Below are positions 25,700 through 37,938 of a stretch of 64,000 nucleotides of DNA, piece after piece. The notes under the pieces are model-generated. The model had not been told where the DNA came from and did no database searches. It saw only the letters and a program-made list of their open reading frames with translations. The translations under genes were made by a program, and so were the position numbers. Source of the DNA: Tubulanus polymorphus (Eukaryota; Animalia; Nemertea). Every line of letters begins with the position of its first letter. Within the stretch, counting starts at the first letter, position 1. The stretch is taken from NCBI RefSeq assembly GCF_964204645.1, contig NC_134032.1, positions 15,240,275 through 15,304,274 of the forward strand, written 5' to 3'.

Positions 25700-26035
25700 C
25701 ACTTGCGCCACCTAGCCGATCCTAAAAAGTCCATCTATCAGATCCTCGATTGCCACAGTAATACTCTGTATGTGTAGAATACCAATTTCTGACGGTAATG
25801 CCACCTAGCGGATGCACGATTGCCACAGTAGCACTCTGTATGTGTAGAAGACATACTTCTGACACCAGCGCCACTTAGCGGATGCACGATTGCCACAGTA
25901 GCACATTGTATGTGTAGAAGACATACTTCTGACGCTAGCGCCACCTAACGGACCTCCGATTGCCACAGTAGCACTCTGTATGTGTAGAATAATGACTTCT
26001 GACGCTAGCGCCACTTAGCGGATCCTCCATTGCCA
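25700..26035 (-). repeat. 70-bp tandem repeat, one CTCF-like motif per unit
   Basis: Minus strand ACTGTGGCAATCGTGCATCCGCTAGGTGGCGC.. repeated about 5 times. Confidence 0.85.
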
Positions 26036-27109
26036 TTCCTCATACTCATTACTGCTGACCCCCAGGGTGAAGCTGGGATATAGCATGTTCGATGTAGTTA
26101 TGAACCATATACTTGGTGTGGACACGAACCCGGAGGGGGGGGGGTACTGCGCCTGCAGATACTTATTAGATTTATTGCAGATAATATTAATATGTTACTT
26201 GTCAGCGTTTTCGTGCGCCAGTGTTCTATCTATCGCGGTTACCTAGTTACAACGTCTTGTTACATGTCACCGGGCAACAACTTAATCATTTGTCGCTGAA
26301 GTCAGATTTGCAATATAGATTACATTTACTGTTAGATTGGGAGATGTCTACAGTCAAACCCCGATAAACCGCCCTCCCATACACAGCCACCCCGGTATAT
26401 ATCCGGGGTGGCTGTGTACAATTCGAACGAAGTTGATATTTTCGATAACAAGATATTTCTCGGTGTAAATGTAATTCTGCCACGTGCAGTTCGTAATGGT
26501 GTTTACGATGTCTCCTTGTGGGACCACGTATCGCGTCATACACCGTGCACACCCCGGAGAACGATATCGCAGACGACACACCACGTGACGGGGCCGCTGG
26601 AGAACGATTATCCCGTTCACGAGAAATTTAATTACCTGTTTGAAATAACGGTTTTCAGCCGAACGAGTACACTGCCATCTCGTGACAAGAGCAGATACTA
26701 ATATGCTAAGATTAAAGCCCTCCAAATAAATACGAATTTAAACAATTGGAACAGAAGTATTTTTTTTGTATTTTTGTACATGAATTTTATGGATCATCAA
26801 AGCTGCTTCATAGTCGATCACGTTTTCAAAAAAAAATCATCGACAAAAAATGATAGGCCGGGCTCCTCCGGCCCTGGCACAAAAAACAGTGTTTCGAACT
26901 CACTCGTGTCCAGTGTCTTCATTTTCCCTGCATTTCAGTTAGAATTGAATAGACCCCAGTTCCACAGTTCTCTAGTTCCATAGTTCCCATTTTCCCAGTC
27001 CCCCAGCTCCGAGTCCCGCAGTCCCGCAGTTCCTAGTTCCAAAGTTCCAAAATCCCAAAGTTCCACAACTAAGAAAAAAATTAAAAACATCCACCGCCGA
27101 GGGCTGAAT

Positions 27110-27183
27110 TGCCCCGTGTGAGGCTCGAACTCACGACCTTCAGATTATGAGACTGACGCGCTAACCAACTGCGCCAACGAGGC
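27110..27183 (-). tRNA. tRNA-Met(CAT), elongator, copy 1
   Basis: Reverse complement GCCTCGTTGGCGCAGTTGGTTAGCGCGTCAGTCTCATAATCTGAAGGTCGTGAGTTCGAGCCTCACACGGGGCA. G1:C72 and a normal TTC loop indicate elongator, not initiator. Confidence 0.96.
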
Positions 27184-28168
27184 GGCTGATCGATTGCTAG
27201 GCCTTGTCGTTGTGACCGCCATTTGATAAAGTCTGGAGACCGAAACAAAGAGATTTGGTGTCAGTCTTATCAATTTTTGAAAAGGACTCAGTTCCAAAGT
27301 ATTTACATATATCTAAATGTCAGTATTTCCGCTAGTTTGCGCGCCCCCTGGTGACAATGTATGGAAGCTACCGACGAAGGGCACGAAGTGTCCATTGATG
27401 TTGACATAAAGTGGCTGTATCGACCGCTACCACAAAGTGCGGCGGCACGACCCGCACTAGTCTCTCCAGCGCGGCATCATTAGAATCGATACGTGCTTTG
27501 TGTCGTCAACAGCATTACCTTGAGGTAAACACGGTGTTTTATTAGGTCCACTGGGTTTTACACACATTAAACAAACGCAAAAATACACTTTCGGTTTATT
27601 GACAGGGAGCCGGTTAGCTCTTAAGGTTCGGAGCGTGTCGTACTGAGAGGATTTGCCGGAGGCATCCCAGGTGTGGCGATTCTGTAATATCGTACCCTGA
27701 GGCGACTTGGTATAACTCGGAGCCACCCATCTTCTTAAATCCGGAACGGATTTCCCAGATGTTGCAGTACGGGTTTAAGTGGTTCGATTCAAGATGGAAC
27801 GGACCAATTTTTAAACAATTATTTTTTTCCGCTCCGGTCAGAAACGAATGAATTTAGAACGGACTAAGCGAAAAGCAACAGCAGCGGCGGCGGCGGCAGC
27901 GGCAGCAGCAGCAGTCTCTATCGAGTATATTCAGCAGAAATAAATCTCCTCTCGCTTGACGAAAGCTTCTTTTGAGAGTTATTTATAAAAGACAGGCTTT
28001 ATTTGTTTAATCTCCCGTTTGATAAAATGTATTTTCTTCTTCGAACTTATGAAGTTCAATCTATTTGCACATCTCCACGCGACAGATATAAACTGTGTAA
28101 AAAACATTGTAACAACGTTGTAACAATAGGATTAAATTCAACCATAAGAATAACAGATTCTGAAATGT

Positions 28169-30513
28169 TTCCTCGAGCTAGTGTAGTTTATTCAACGTTT
28201 CGACTTTATCCTAATAGTCATCTTCAGGAATACTGTATTCCTTGAGCTAGTGTAGTTTATTCAACGTTTCGACTTTATCCTAATAGTCATCTTCAGGAAT
28301 ACTGTATTCCTTGAGCTAGTGTAGTTTATTCAACGTTTCGACTTTATCCTAATAGTCATCTTCAGGAATACTGTATTCCTCGAGCTAGTGTAGTTTATTC
28401 AACGTTTCGACTATATCCTAATAGTCATCTTCAGGAATACTGTATTCCTTGAGCTAGTGTAGTTTATTCAACGTTTCGACTTTATCCTAATAGTCATCTT
28501 CAGGAATACTGCATTCCTTGAGCTAGTGTAGTTTATTCAACGTTTCGACTTTATCCTAATAGTCATCTTCAGGAATACTGTATTCCTTGAGCTAGTGTAG
28601 TTTATTCAACGTTTCGACTATATCCTAATAGTCATCTTCAGGAATACTGTATTCCTTGAGCTAGTGTAGTTTATTCAACGTTTCGACTTTATCCTAATAG
28701 TCATCTTCAGGAATACTGCATTCCTTGAGCTAGTGTAGTTTATTCAACGTTTCGACTTTATCCTAATAGTCATCTTCAGGAATACTGTATTCCTTGAGCT
28801 AGTGTAGTTTATTCAACGTTTCGACTTTATCCTAATAGTCATCTTCAGGAATACTGTATTCCTTGAGCTAGTGTAGTTTATTCAACGTTTCGACTTTATC
28901 CTAATAGTCATCTTCAGGAATACTGTATTCCTTGAGCTAGTGTAGTTTATTCAACGTTTCGACTTTATCCTAATAGTCATCTTCAGGAATACTGTATTCC
29001 TTGAGCTAGTGTAGTTTATTCAACGTTTCGACTTTATCCTAATAGTCATCTTCAGGAATACTGTATTCCTTGAGCTAGTGTAGTTTATTCAACGTTTCGA
29101 CTTTATCCTAATAGTCATCTTCAGGAATACTGTATTCCTTGAGCTAGTGTAGTTTATTCAACGTTTCGACTTTATCCTAATAGTCATCTTCAGGAATACT
29201 GTATTCCTTGAGCTAGTGTAGTTTATTCAACGTTTCGACTATATCCTAATAGTCATCTTCAGGAATACTGTATTCCTTGAGCTAGTGTAGTTTATTCAAC
29301 GTTTCGACTTTATCCTAATAGTCATCTTCAGGAATACTGCATTCCTTGAGCTAGTGTAGTTTATTCAACGTTTCGACTTTATCCTAATAGTCATCTTCAG
29401 GAATACTGTATTCCTTGAGCTAGTGTAGTTTATTCAACGTTTCGACTATATCCTAATAGTCATCTTCAGGAATACTGTATTCCTTGAGCTAGTGTAGTTT
29501 ATTCAACGTTTCGACTTTATCCTAATAGTCATCTTCAGGAATACTGCATTCCTTGAGCTAGTGTAGTTTATTCAACGTTTCGACTTTATCCTAATAGTCA
29601 TCTTCAGGAATACTGTATTCCTTGAGCTAGTGTAGTTTATTCAACGTTTCGACTATATCCTAATAATCATCTTCAGGAATACTGTATTCCTTGAGCTAGT
29701 GTAGTTTATTCAACGTTTCGACTTTATCCTAATAGTCATCTTCAGGAATACTGCATTCCTTGAGCTAGTGTAGTTTATTCAACGTTTCGACTTTATCCTA
29801 ATAGTCATCTTCAGGAATACTGTATTCCTTGAGCTAGTGTAGTTTATTCAACGTTTCGACTATATCCTAATAATCATCTTCAGGAATACTGTATTCCTTG
29901 AGCTAGTGTAGTTTATTCAACGTTTCGACTTTATCCTAATAATCATCTTCAGGAATACTGTATTCCTTGAGCTAGTGTAGTTTATTCAACGTTTCGACTA
30001 TATCCTAATAGTCATCTTCAGGAATACTGTATTCCTTGAGCAAGTGTAGTTTATTCAACGTTTCGACTATATCCTAATAGTCATCTTCAGGAATACTGTA
30101 TTCCTTGAGCTAGTGTAGTTTATTCAACGTTTCGACTATATCCTAATAGTCATCTTCAGGAATACTGTATTCCTTGAGCTAGGTGTAGTTTATTCAACGT
30201 TTCGACTATATCCTAATAGTCAGCTTCAGGAATACTGTATTCCTTGAGCTAGTGTAGTTTATTCAACGTTTCGACTATATCCTAATAGTCAGCTTCAGGA
30301 ATACTGTATTCCTTGAGCAAGTGTAGTTTATACAACGTTTCGACTATATCCTATAAATAGTCATCTTCAGGAATACTGTATTCCTTGAGCTAGTGTAGTT
30401 TATTCAACGTTTCGACTTTATCCTAATAGTCATCTTCAGGAATACTGTATTCCTTGAGCTAGTGTAGTTTATTCAACGTTTCGACTATATCCTAATAGTC
30501 ATCTTCAGGAATA
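28169..30513 (-). ncRNA. 69-bp satellite, 34 copies, each a minimal type I hammerhead ribozyme motif
   Basis: Minus-strand unit: TATTC-CTGAAGA-T-GACTAT-TAGGAT-A(T/A)AGTC-GAAAC-GTT-GAATA-aactacactagctcaaggaatacag. Core CUGAnGA and GAAA, stem I TATTC/GAATA, stem II, palindromic ACGT stem III. The tandem repeat is certain; ribozyme activity is inferred. Confidence 0.82.
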
Positions 30514-31130
30514 TGTGTATTAAACTAAACATGTGATTGCCTCCGATAAACTGTAATCGGAAAAAGTAATTGGGACAATTATCATTTGAAATCCATTTAT
30601 CTAAATCAAGAACAAGTTATTTCTGCTTTTTTCAAATCTCATTTCGCATGATGTTTATCGGAAAAATGTCAACCACGGCCATTGTTGAAGAAATATTATC
30701 AACCGCAGCCATTGTTGAGAGACGTTGTTTCAAGCGTTTTCTCAAATGAAAACTGGCATATCATTGATGTAGTACACGTGAAGTCTACGTGTTTATGTCT
30801 TACGTCTTTAAGTCTTACGTGCCATGTCACGTGTTTACTGATTGGTAAACATGCTTAAAAGTAGGCCTTATTCATGGACAGCTCCGAAACCCGTCCAATT
30901 CCTCACCTGCCAGAGCAACTCCGAAACCGTGGATGAAACGTTTTTTTTTTTTACATTTGGTGACAATCTCATTTTGGCAGTGGTTTCGACGTGGTCGACT
31001 CAATATATGACTCATAAGGATCTTCTTAGGGCTCATTATGAAATCTATTAAATTCAATATTTAATGTCTACAATATACTATCATATTTAGTGACAAAATA
31101 TCGAAAAATATTCACCGCCGAGGGCTGAAT

Positions 31131-31204
31131 TGCCCCGTGTGAGGCTCGAACTCACGACCTTCAGATTATGAGACTGACGCGCTAACCAACTGCGCCAACG
31201 AGGC
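31131..31204 (-). tRNA. tRNA-Met(CAT), elongator, copy 2
   Basis: Identical to copy 1. Confidence 0.96.
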
Positions 31205-31736
31205 GGCTGGTGACACCGGGCCTAGCAAATCGGATCGTGGTGACACAAAGCGATTTTGAGCCGTGCTTTCAATATATGAAATCTTATCTTTGCTTTTATC
31301 GGTCACATGAATTTATGACATGATAATGGTCGTAGTATGCTTTGACAGGTGCTTTTCGAAATCAGCGTGGGCGCCTGACGCCAACGTTCCCCGATAAGAA
31401 TGTGCTTCAGTGCTAAGATAGCTTTAGAATGGTCCTAAATCTAAGCCATGGCCGTGAAACTTGGTCACACAGCAGGGGGCGACATGAAGCACTACGAAAC
31501 ATCTCTCCACCCCCCCCGCCCCCCGAGCCTGGTCGTCCGTCTGTACCCCTCCAGCTGGTCACAACACGTAAAGCGTCTCGGTGAAAACATCTCGTGGTTT
31601 GATAAGATTTATATCGTTCTACCGCTTATAAACTTCCTTCACATCACCGTTATTTTCAATGTCTCGACGCGATCACTATCGGGTTCAGTTTCCATCAGGG
31701 TAGTGTCTCCCTCCTTCCCTCTCTCTAGTTCGGTTA

Positions 31737-31889
<153 letters not shown>

Positions 31890-32149
31890 ATTCTGTCGGG
31901 GGTTTAGAGTGGTTTGATTGATTAACTAATCTATAACTGGATCTCTGTCACTTTACGTCTCTGTTTGGTGTATGTCGGCTGCTGCTGCTGCTGATCGATT
32001 CAACCTAATCAATTTTAGATTCTTTATTTTTCCTCTCCATCTTCTTCTCTGCCTTCAAGTTTCTTCGCTTGTGTGCTCAATGACGTAGACGACTGACTTC
32101 TATGACGAAGAAAACACCTCTGAAGATTTAGGGCAAATGACATGTACAT

Positions 32150-32460
32150 CCGACCTCTATGACGTAGACCGCTGACCACTATGACGTATACCGCTGACCA
32201 CTATGACGTATACAGGATGACCACTATGACGTATGCAGCTGACCTCTATGACGTACAGCTAACCACTATGACGTAGTAACTGACCACTATGACGTATACA
32301 AATAACCTCTATGACGTAGTAACTGACCACTATGACGTATATAGCTGACCTCTATGACGTATGCAACTGACCGCTATGGCGCGGGTAGATGACCACTATG
32401 ACGTGTACAGCAGACCCAGCAGACCCAATGACGTAGACAACTGGACGTCATGACGTAGAC
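32150..32460. repeat. ~21-bp minisatellite containing TGACGT
   Basis: CTGACCACTATGACGTA.. repeated about 14 times. Confidence 0.88.
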
Positions 32461-33919
32461 AATCTAACGAAACTTTTGCCATAACCGCATGAACAACTTA
32501 AATCCTTGTCAAGCCCTGATAACATAACATTCACTAAAACCCGACTGCGCATCTGCCAAACCAAGCTTAAGTCGATAGAATACTGGCAGCGGCCGCTGAC
32601 GGCGAACAGACGACTAATAAACCTTCGCTGCTGAATCAGTTTTTATGCGCACTTCAACTATCGGCTCACTATCGATAATCTATAACACTAACTAGCCTGC
32701 TGAAACGGCGGCTATGAAGAGTCAATTCAATTTGTGAAGGACTCTCTACTGCTCGTCTGTGATATATCTGATATATCTGATAAACAAGCACGTGTTGTAT
32801 TCGATTTTGAGATCTGAAATATTTTCATCCGTAACGGAAAAAAGTACAAAAATGCGACAATGTAAAATGTATGGAATATTTTTCAGTATGAATCTCAGCC
32901 ACCAAATATTCATACATGATAAAATAGTACTCGTATTGTGTGCGTGTCTGTGCGTGTGTGCGCGTGTGGGCATGCGTGTGCTTGCGTATGTATACGTGTG
33001 AAAATAATTACGCATTAAAAAAAAATCGATTATGCGATCAACCCGTAACATATAGCGACGCATGATTGAGATGAGAGGTCGTTTGTCTGAAGAATCTGGT
33101 CGGGTCTCCCCCTCTCCTCCCTCCCCATCTCTCTCTAGTCTCCCGGAGGATCAGCGACTAATCTTCATCCATCAAATAATCAAATAATCGACACGAATGG
33201 TTGAAATTAATGACTATAAAGAGTCGATAGGGGACGCCACCTTCCACCCCCTTGCGTTCCCGTTCAGTTCTACTCTATCATATTCAAAAGTCTATTATTC
33301 ACTTTTCTCTGGGGTCGATTTTTTGGGAGATGTTTTTCTTAATTAATTTTTTGAGAAAAAGAAAACAAACCTCGCCGAATTTCTCTGATTGAGCGACCAG
33401 TGAATTTGTGCTGTCTGAATAAACCTTCGTTTTCATAGCCGGTGTTTGTGGCGCCATCTGGTGAGTGCCGGTACCCCGGCGAATCAATCGATAAAATAAG
33501 TGAGAAGATCACATCGAGATGAAATATATCCGACAGGTTCTCGCTATAGATCGATCCGTGACCCCGTGACCTTGAGTTTAGTTTCTTATGACAGACGAAT
33601 AATGAATCATGCGCGCGCACTTTGCCCCTTCCGTTAAACGATGAGTGTAAGATAGATTCCTCGCCCATTAACCAAACGACCTCCGTTGAGCGCCTAATGA
33701 TGTCTATATCATCGGTGTGTTGGTGTAAAGGTGGCGGACGCTTTGTCGGTGTGTTGGTGTAAAAGTGACGGACGCTTTTTCGTGTGGAATGATTAGGGCA
33801 CTGTGTGATGATACTGTGAGCCGTTAACGCGCGGTTTGAATCGATTTCACGATATGCTCGCTTGCCAGTGAAAACTCGTGTTAATCGGATGTCATACAGT
33901 CGTTTCTTTACTATTCACA

Positions 33920-34290
33920 ACTCCGGTTCCACAGTTCAATTCAACTTGTTCCACTTTGGCACCAGTTCCACAGTTCTGGACCCAGTTCCACAGCTTTAGA
34001 CTCAGTTCCACAGCTATGGACTCAATTCTGCAGTTCTGGACCCAGTTCCACAGTTCTGGATCCAGTTCCACAGTTCTAGACTCAGTTCCACGGTTCTGGA
34101 CTCAGTTCCACAGTTCTTGACTCAGTTCCACAGTTCCGGACCCAGTTCCACAGTTCTACACTCAGTTCCACAGTTCAGGACCCAGTTCCACAGTTCCGGA
34201 CCCAGTTCCACAGTTCTTGACTCAGTTCCACAGTTCGAGACTCAGTTCCACAGTTCTTGACTCAGTAACGAAGTTGTGTGGACTCAGTTC
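33920..34290. repeat. 20-bp satellite (GGAYYCAGTTCCACAGTTCW)n
   Basis: Same family as 17500-18135. Confidence 0.92.
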
Positions 34291-35264
34291 CGCAGTGGAC
34301 TGGGTGTTGAGTCTCTTGTCGTCTGTCGGTTCGATAGTTCTAATATCACCGGCTAATTCACTTTTTCATCGATCTTCAGAATATTCAAATATACAACGCA
34401 CGTGATTAACGACTATAACGTCTTCCACTGTTGAAAAAAGATAAACGGACCGAAAGAGGGAAAATCGTGCGAAGGTTTAATTAGGCAGTTAATTAGCCGG
34501 AGTAATTAATTATACGCGGAACCAGTGGGGTGATAAGCTAGCTGCGGCAGGTGAGGGGAAGGGTGGATGTGCTATGTACACCTCCCCCTGGGTCCGGTTT
34601 CACATACTCATTAATTTCAGCTCAAAATTTTTCATCAAAACTAAACTCCATATTTGACGCGAGAGCTTCCGCAACACAAACCTTCAAAGTGAGTAACTTA
34701 GCCAATAACCTTCCATATATACCCTAAACTATGTCACAATTCCCTCTCAGGTAGAGACCCTGGACCCGCCCTTTACTTCCAAATATACCCTAAACTATGT
34801 CACAATTCCCTCTCAGGTAGAGACCCTGGACCCGCCCTATCCTTCCAAATATACCCTGAAATTATGTCACAATTCTTTCTCAAGTATAGATTTATGAACT
34901 ACCCTTGGTAATGGTATAGCGTGTGTTGGTAGTAAATTGTTAACCATTTCGGCGGTCATTACCAGACAACATTGTGTCATCAATTCGAATTTGGACCAGT
35001 GTGTCACGTGTCTGTCAGATTATATCTGACACATTATTATTTTATTAATTTATTACGGCGTGCCGTACAATAGAATCACCCTACATGCAATATAATACAA
35101 TATATACGCGTAATACATTGTGGTATCATCTTCTACTTACGCGACCTGTTTTAGATTAGGGACTGGTGGACGCACGGACGCAACTTATAGGAAGCAAACA
35201 GTTTTAGAGGTAAAATGAACTGGTTAGAGATAAAATGAACCGTGGACTCTACAACGATTTAGCG

Positions 35265-36490
35265 TTCATGAGCCAAGACTGGTCTTAAGTTGTTAGATTG
35301 GTTATAGAACCAAAATGAGCTTAGACTGGTCTTAAGTCGTTAGATTGGTTATAGAACTGAAATGAGTTTAGACTGGTCTTAAGTTGTTAGATTGGTTATA
35401 GAACCAAAATGAGTTTAGACTGGTCTAAAGTTGTTAGATTGGTTATAGAACCAAAATGAGCTTAGACTGGTCTTAAGTTGTTAGATTGGTTATAGAACTA
35501 ACATGAGCTGAGACTGGTCTTAAGTTGTTAGATCGGTTATAGAACCAAAATGAGCTTAGACTGGTCTTAAGTTGTTAGATTGGTTATAGAACCAAAATGA
35601 GCCAAGACTGGTCTTAAGTTGTTAGATTGGTTATAGAACCAAAATGAGCTTAGACTGGTCTTAAGTTGATAGATTGGTTATAGAACTAAAATGAGCCAAG
35701 ACTGGTCTTAAGTTGTTAGATTGGTTATAGAACCAAAATGAGCTTAGACTGGTCTTAAGTTGTTAGATTGGTTATAGAACTAACATGAGCTGAGACTGGT
35801 CTTAAGTTGTTAGATCGGTTATAGAACCAAAATGAGCTTAGACTGGTCTTAAGTTGTTAGATTGGTTATAGAACTAAAATGAGCTGAGACTGGTCTTAAG
35901 TTGTTAGATTGGTTATAGAACTAAAATGAGCCAAGACTGGTCTTAAGTTGTTAGATTGGTTATAGAATCAAAATGAGTTTAGACTGGTCTTAAGTTGTTA
36001 GATTGGTTATAGAACTAAAATGAGTTTAGACTGGTCTTAAGTTGTTAGATTGGTTATAGAACTAAAATGAGCTGAGACTGGTCTTAAGTTGTTAGATTGG
36101 TTATTGAACTAAAATGAGCCAAGACTGGTCTTAAGTTGTTAGATTGGTTATAGAATCAAAATGAGTTTAGACTGGTCTTAAGTTGTTAGATTGGTTATAG
36201 AACTAAAATGAGTTTAGACTGGTCTTAAGTTGTTAGATTGGTTATAGAACTAAAATGAGCTGAGACTGGTCTTAAGTTGTTAGATTGGTTATAGAATCAA
36301 AATGAGTTTAGACTGGTCTTAAGTTGTTAGATTGGTTATAGAACTAAAATGAGCTTAGACTGGTCTTCAGTTGTTAGATTGGTTATAGAACTAAAATGAG
36401 CTTAGACTGGTCTTAAGTTGTTAGATTGGTTATAGAATCAAAATGGGTTTAGACTGGTCTTAAGTTGTTAGATTGGCTATAGAACCGAGC
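35265..36490. repeat. 47-bp satellite, array 1
   Basis: GAGCTTAGACTGGTCTTAAGTTGTTAGATTGGTTATAGAACTAAAAT repeated about 26 times. Confidence 0.96.
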
Positions 36491-37033
36491 TTAAGCTAAT
36501 ACTGGTCTAACATTAATGGATTGGCCAAGGAACCAAAACTATTAGATCCTAGATATTCCTTGTTCTAAACCACGGCTGTAGAAGGGGCCCTCGAGGGTTT
36601 GGTTTAAGTTAAAGCGGCGTCTAAGTTGCGTATTTTCTATACGTTCAAAACAGGTCCCTAATCCAGGCTTAAAAAACCGATAAATCGTTTATCGTTATCT
36701 AGTAATTAGCCTTCTCGACTATACACGTGCCTTTTCGTAATATCAGTTTTTTTTCTGCATGAGTCCATCGGATCCAGATGTATTACTGAAATACTGATTA
36801 ATCAATATCACAACCGTACGATACTAATACTCACTCTCTCGCGCGCAGGCGTATTGTTATTATTCTGATAATCGTTTATCAATCAATCTCCAGAGTGTGA
36901 GAGAGAGGGAGAGAGAGAAAAATGTTCTTTTTTTCATTTTTCGAACATACATTCTACCCCCGGTGGATTATCACGTATAGACTTGGAAAAAAACTCACAA
37001 TATTATGAAGATATTCACTAAGGGAGTAAGTAT

Positions 37034-37938
37034 CGACTTAATTCTATGAGACAATTTCAAAAACTAAGAGAGTAGTGACGTTTGGACTCAATTCTATGAG
37101 ACATTTTCAGAAACTAAGAGAGTAGTGACGTTTAGACTCAATTCTATGAGACATTTTCAGAAACTAAGAGAGTAGTGACGTTTAGACTCAATTCTATGAG
37201 ACATTTTCAGAAACTAAGAGAGTAGTGACGTTTTGATTCGATTCTATGAGACATTTTCAGAAACTAAGAGAGTAGTGACGTTTAGACTCGATTCTATGAG
37301 ACATTTTCAAAAACTGAGAGAGTAGTGACGTTTAGACTCGATTCTATGAGACATTTTCAGAAACTAAGAGATTAGTGACGTTTAGACTCAATTCTATGAG
37401 ACATTTTCAGAAACTAAGAGAGTAGTGACGTTTAGACTCGATTCTATGAGACATTTTCAGAAACTAAGAGAGTAGTGACGTTTTGACTCAATTCTATGAT
37501 ACATTTTCAGAAACTAAGACAGTAGTGACGTTTAGACTCGATTCTATGAGACATTTTCGGAAACTAAGACAGTAGTGACGTTTAGACTCGATTCTATGAT
37601 ACATTTTCAGAAACTAAGACAGTAGTGACGTTTTGACTCAATTATATGAGACATTTTCAGAAACTAAGAGAGTAGTGACGTTTAGACTCGATTCTATGAG
37701 ACATTTTCAGAAACTAAGAGAGCAGTGACGTTTAGACTCGATTCTATGAGACATTTTCAAAACTAAGAGAGTAGTGACGTTTAGACTCGATTCTATGAGA
37801 CATTTTCAGAAACTAAGACAGTAGTGACGTTTAGACTCGATTCTATGAGACATTTTCAGAAACTAAGAGAGTAGTGACGTTTAGACTCGATTCTATGAGC
37901 TATTTTCTAAAACTAAGAGAGTAGTGACGTTCGACTCG
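37034..37938 (-). repeat. 50-bp satellite, degenerate hammerhead-like unit
   Basis: About 18 copies; minus-strand unit AGTTT-CTGAAAA-T-GTCTCA-TAGAAT-YGAGTC-TAAAC-GTC-ACTACTCTCTT. Confidence 0.9.

Noticed and set aside
27457-27726. Minus-strand ORF ending at a donor-like CAAG|GTAATG
   Set aside because: No convincing acceptor or ATG, phase incompatible with the 26636 acceptor, and no recognisable domain.
28169-30513. CRISPR array interpretation (also for the 47-, 50- and 37-bp arrays)
   Set aside because: Units repeat head to tail with no unique spacers, the context is eukaryotic, and no cas genes are present.
30514-31130. tRNA-Met read-through as the promoter of the co-oriented hammerhead array
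   Set aside because: A T5 terminator follows the tRNA and several more minus-strand T-runs lie before the array. It remains possible but is unsupported.
35265-36490. Ribozyme interpretation of the 47-bp (and 37-bp, 29-bp) satellites
   Set aside because: No CUGAnGA/GAAA core or other recognisable ribozyme motif on either strand.
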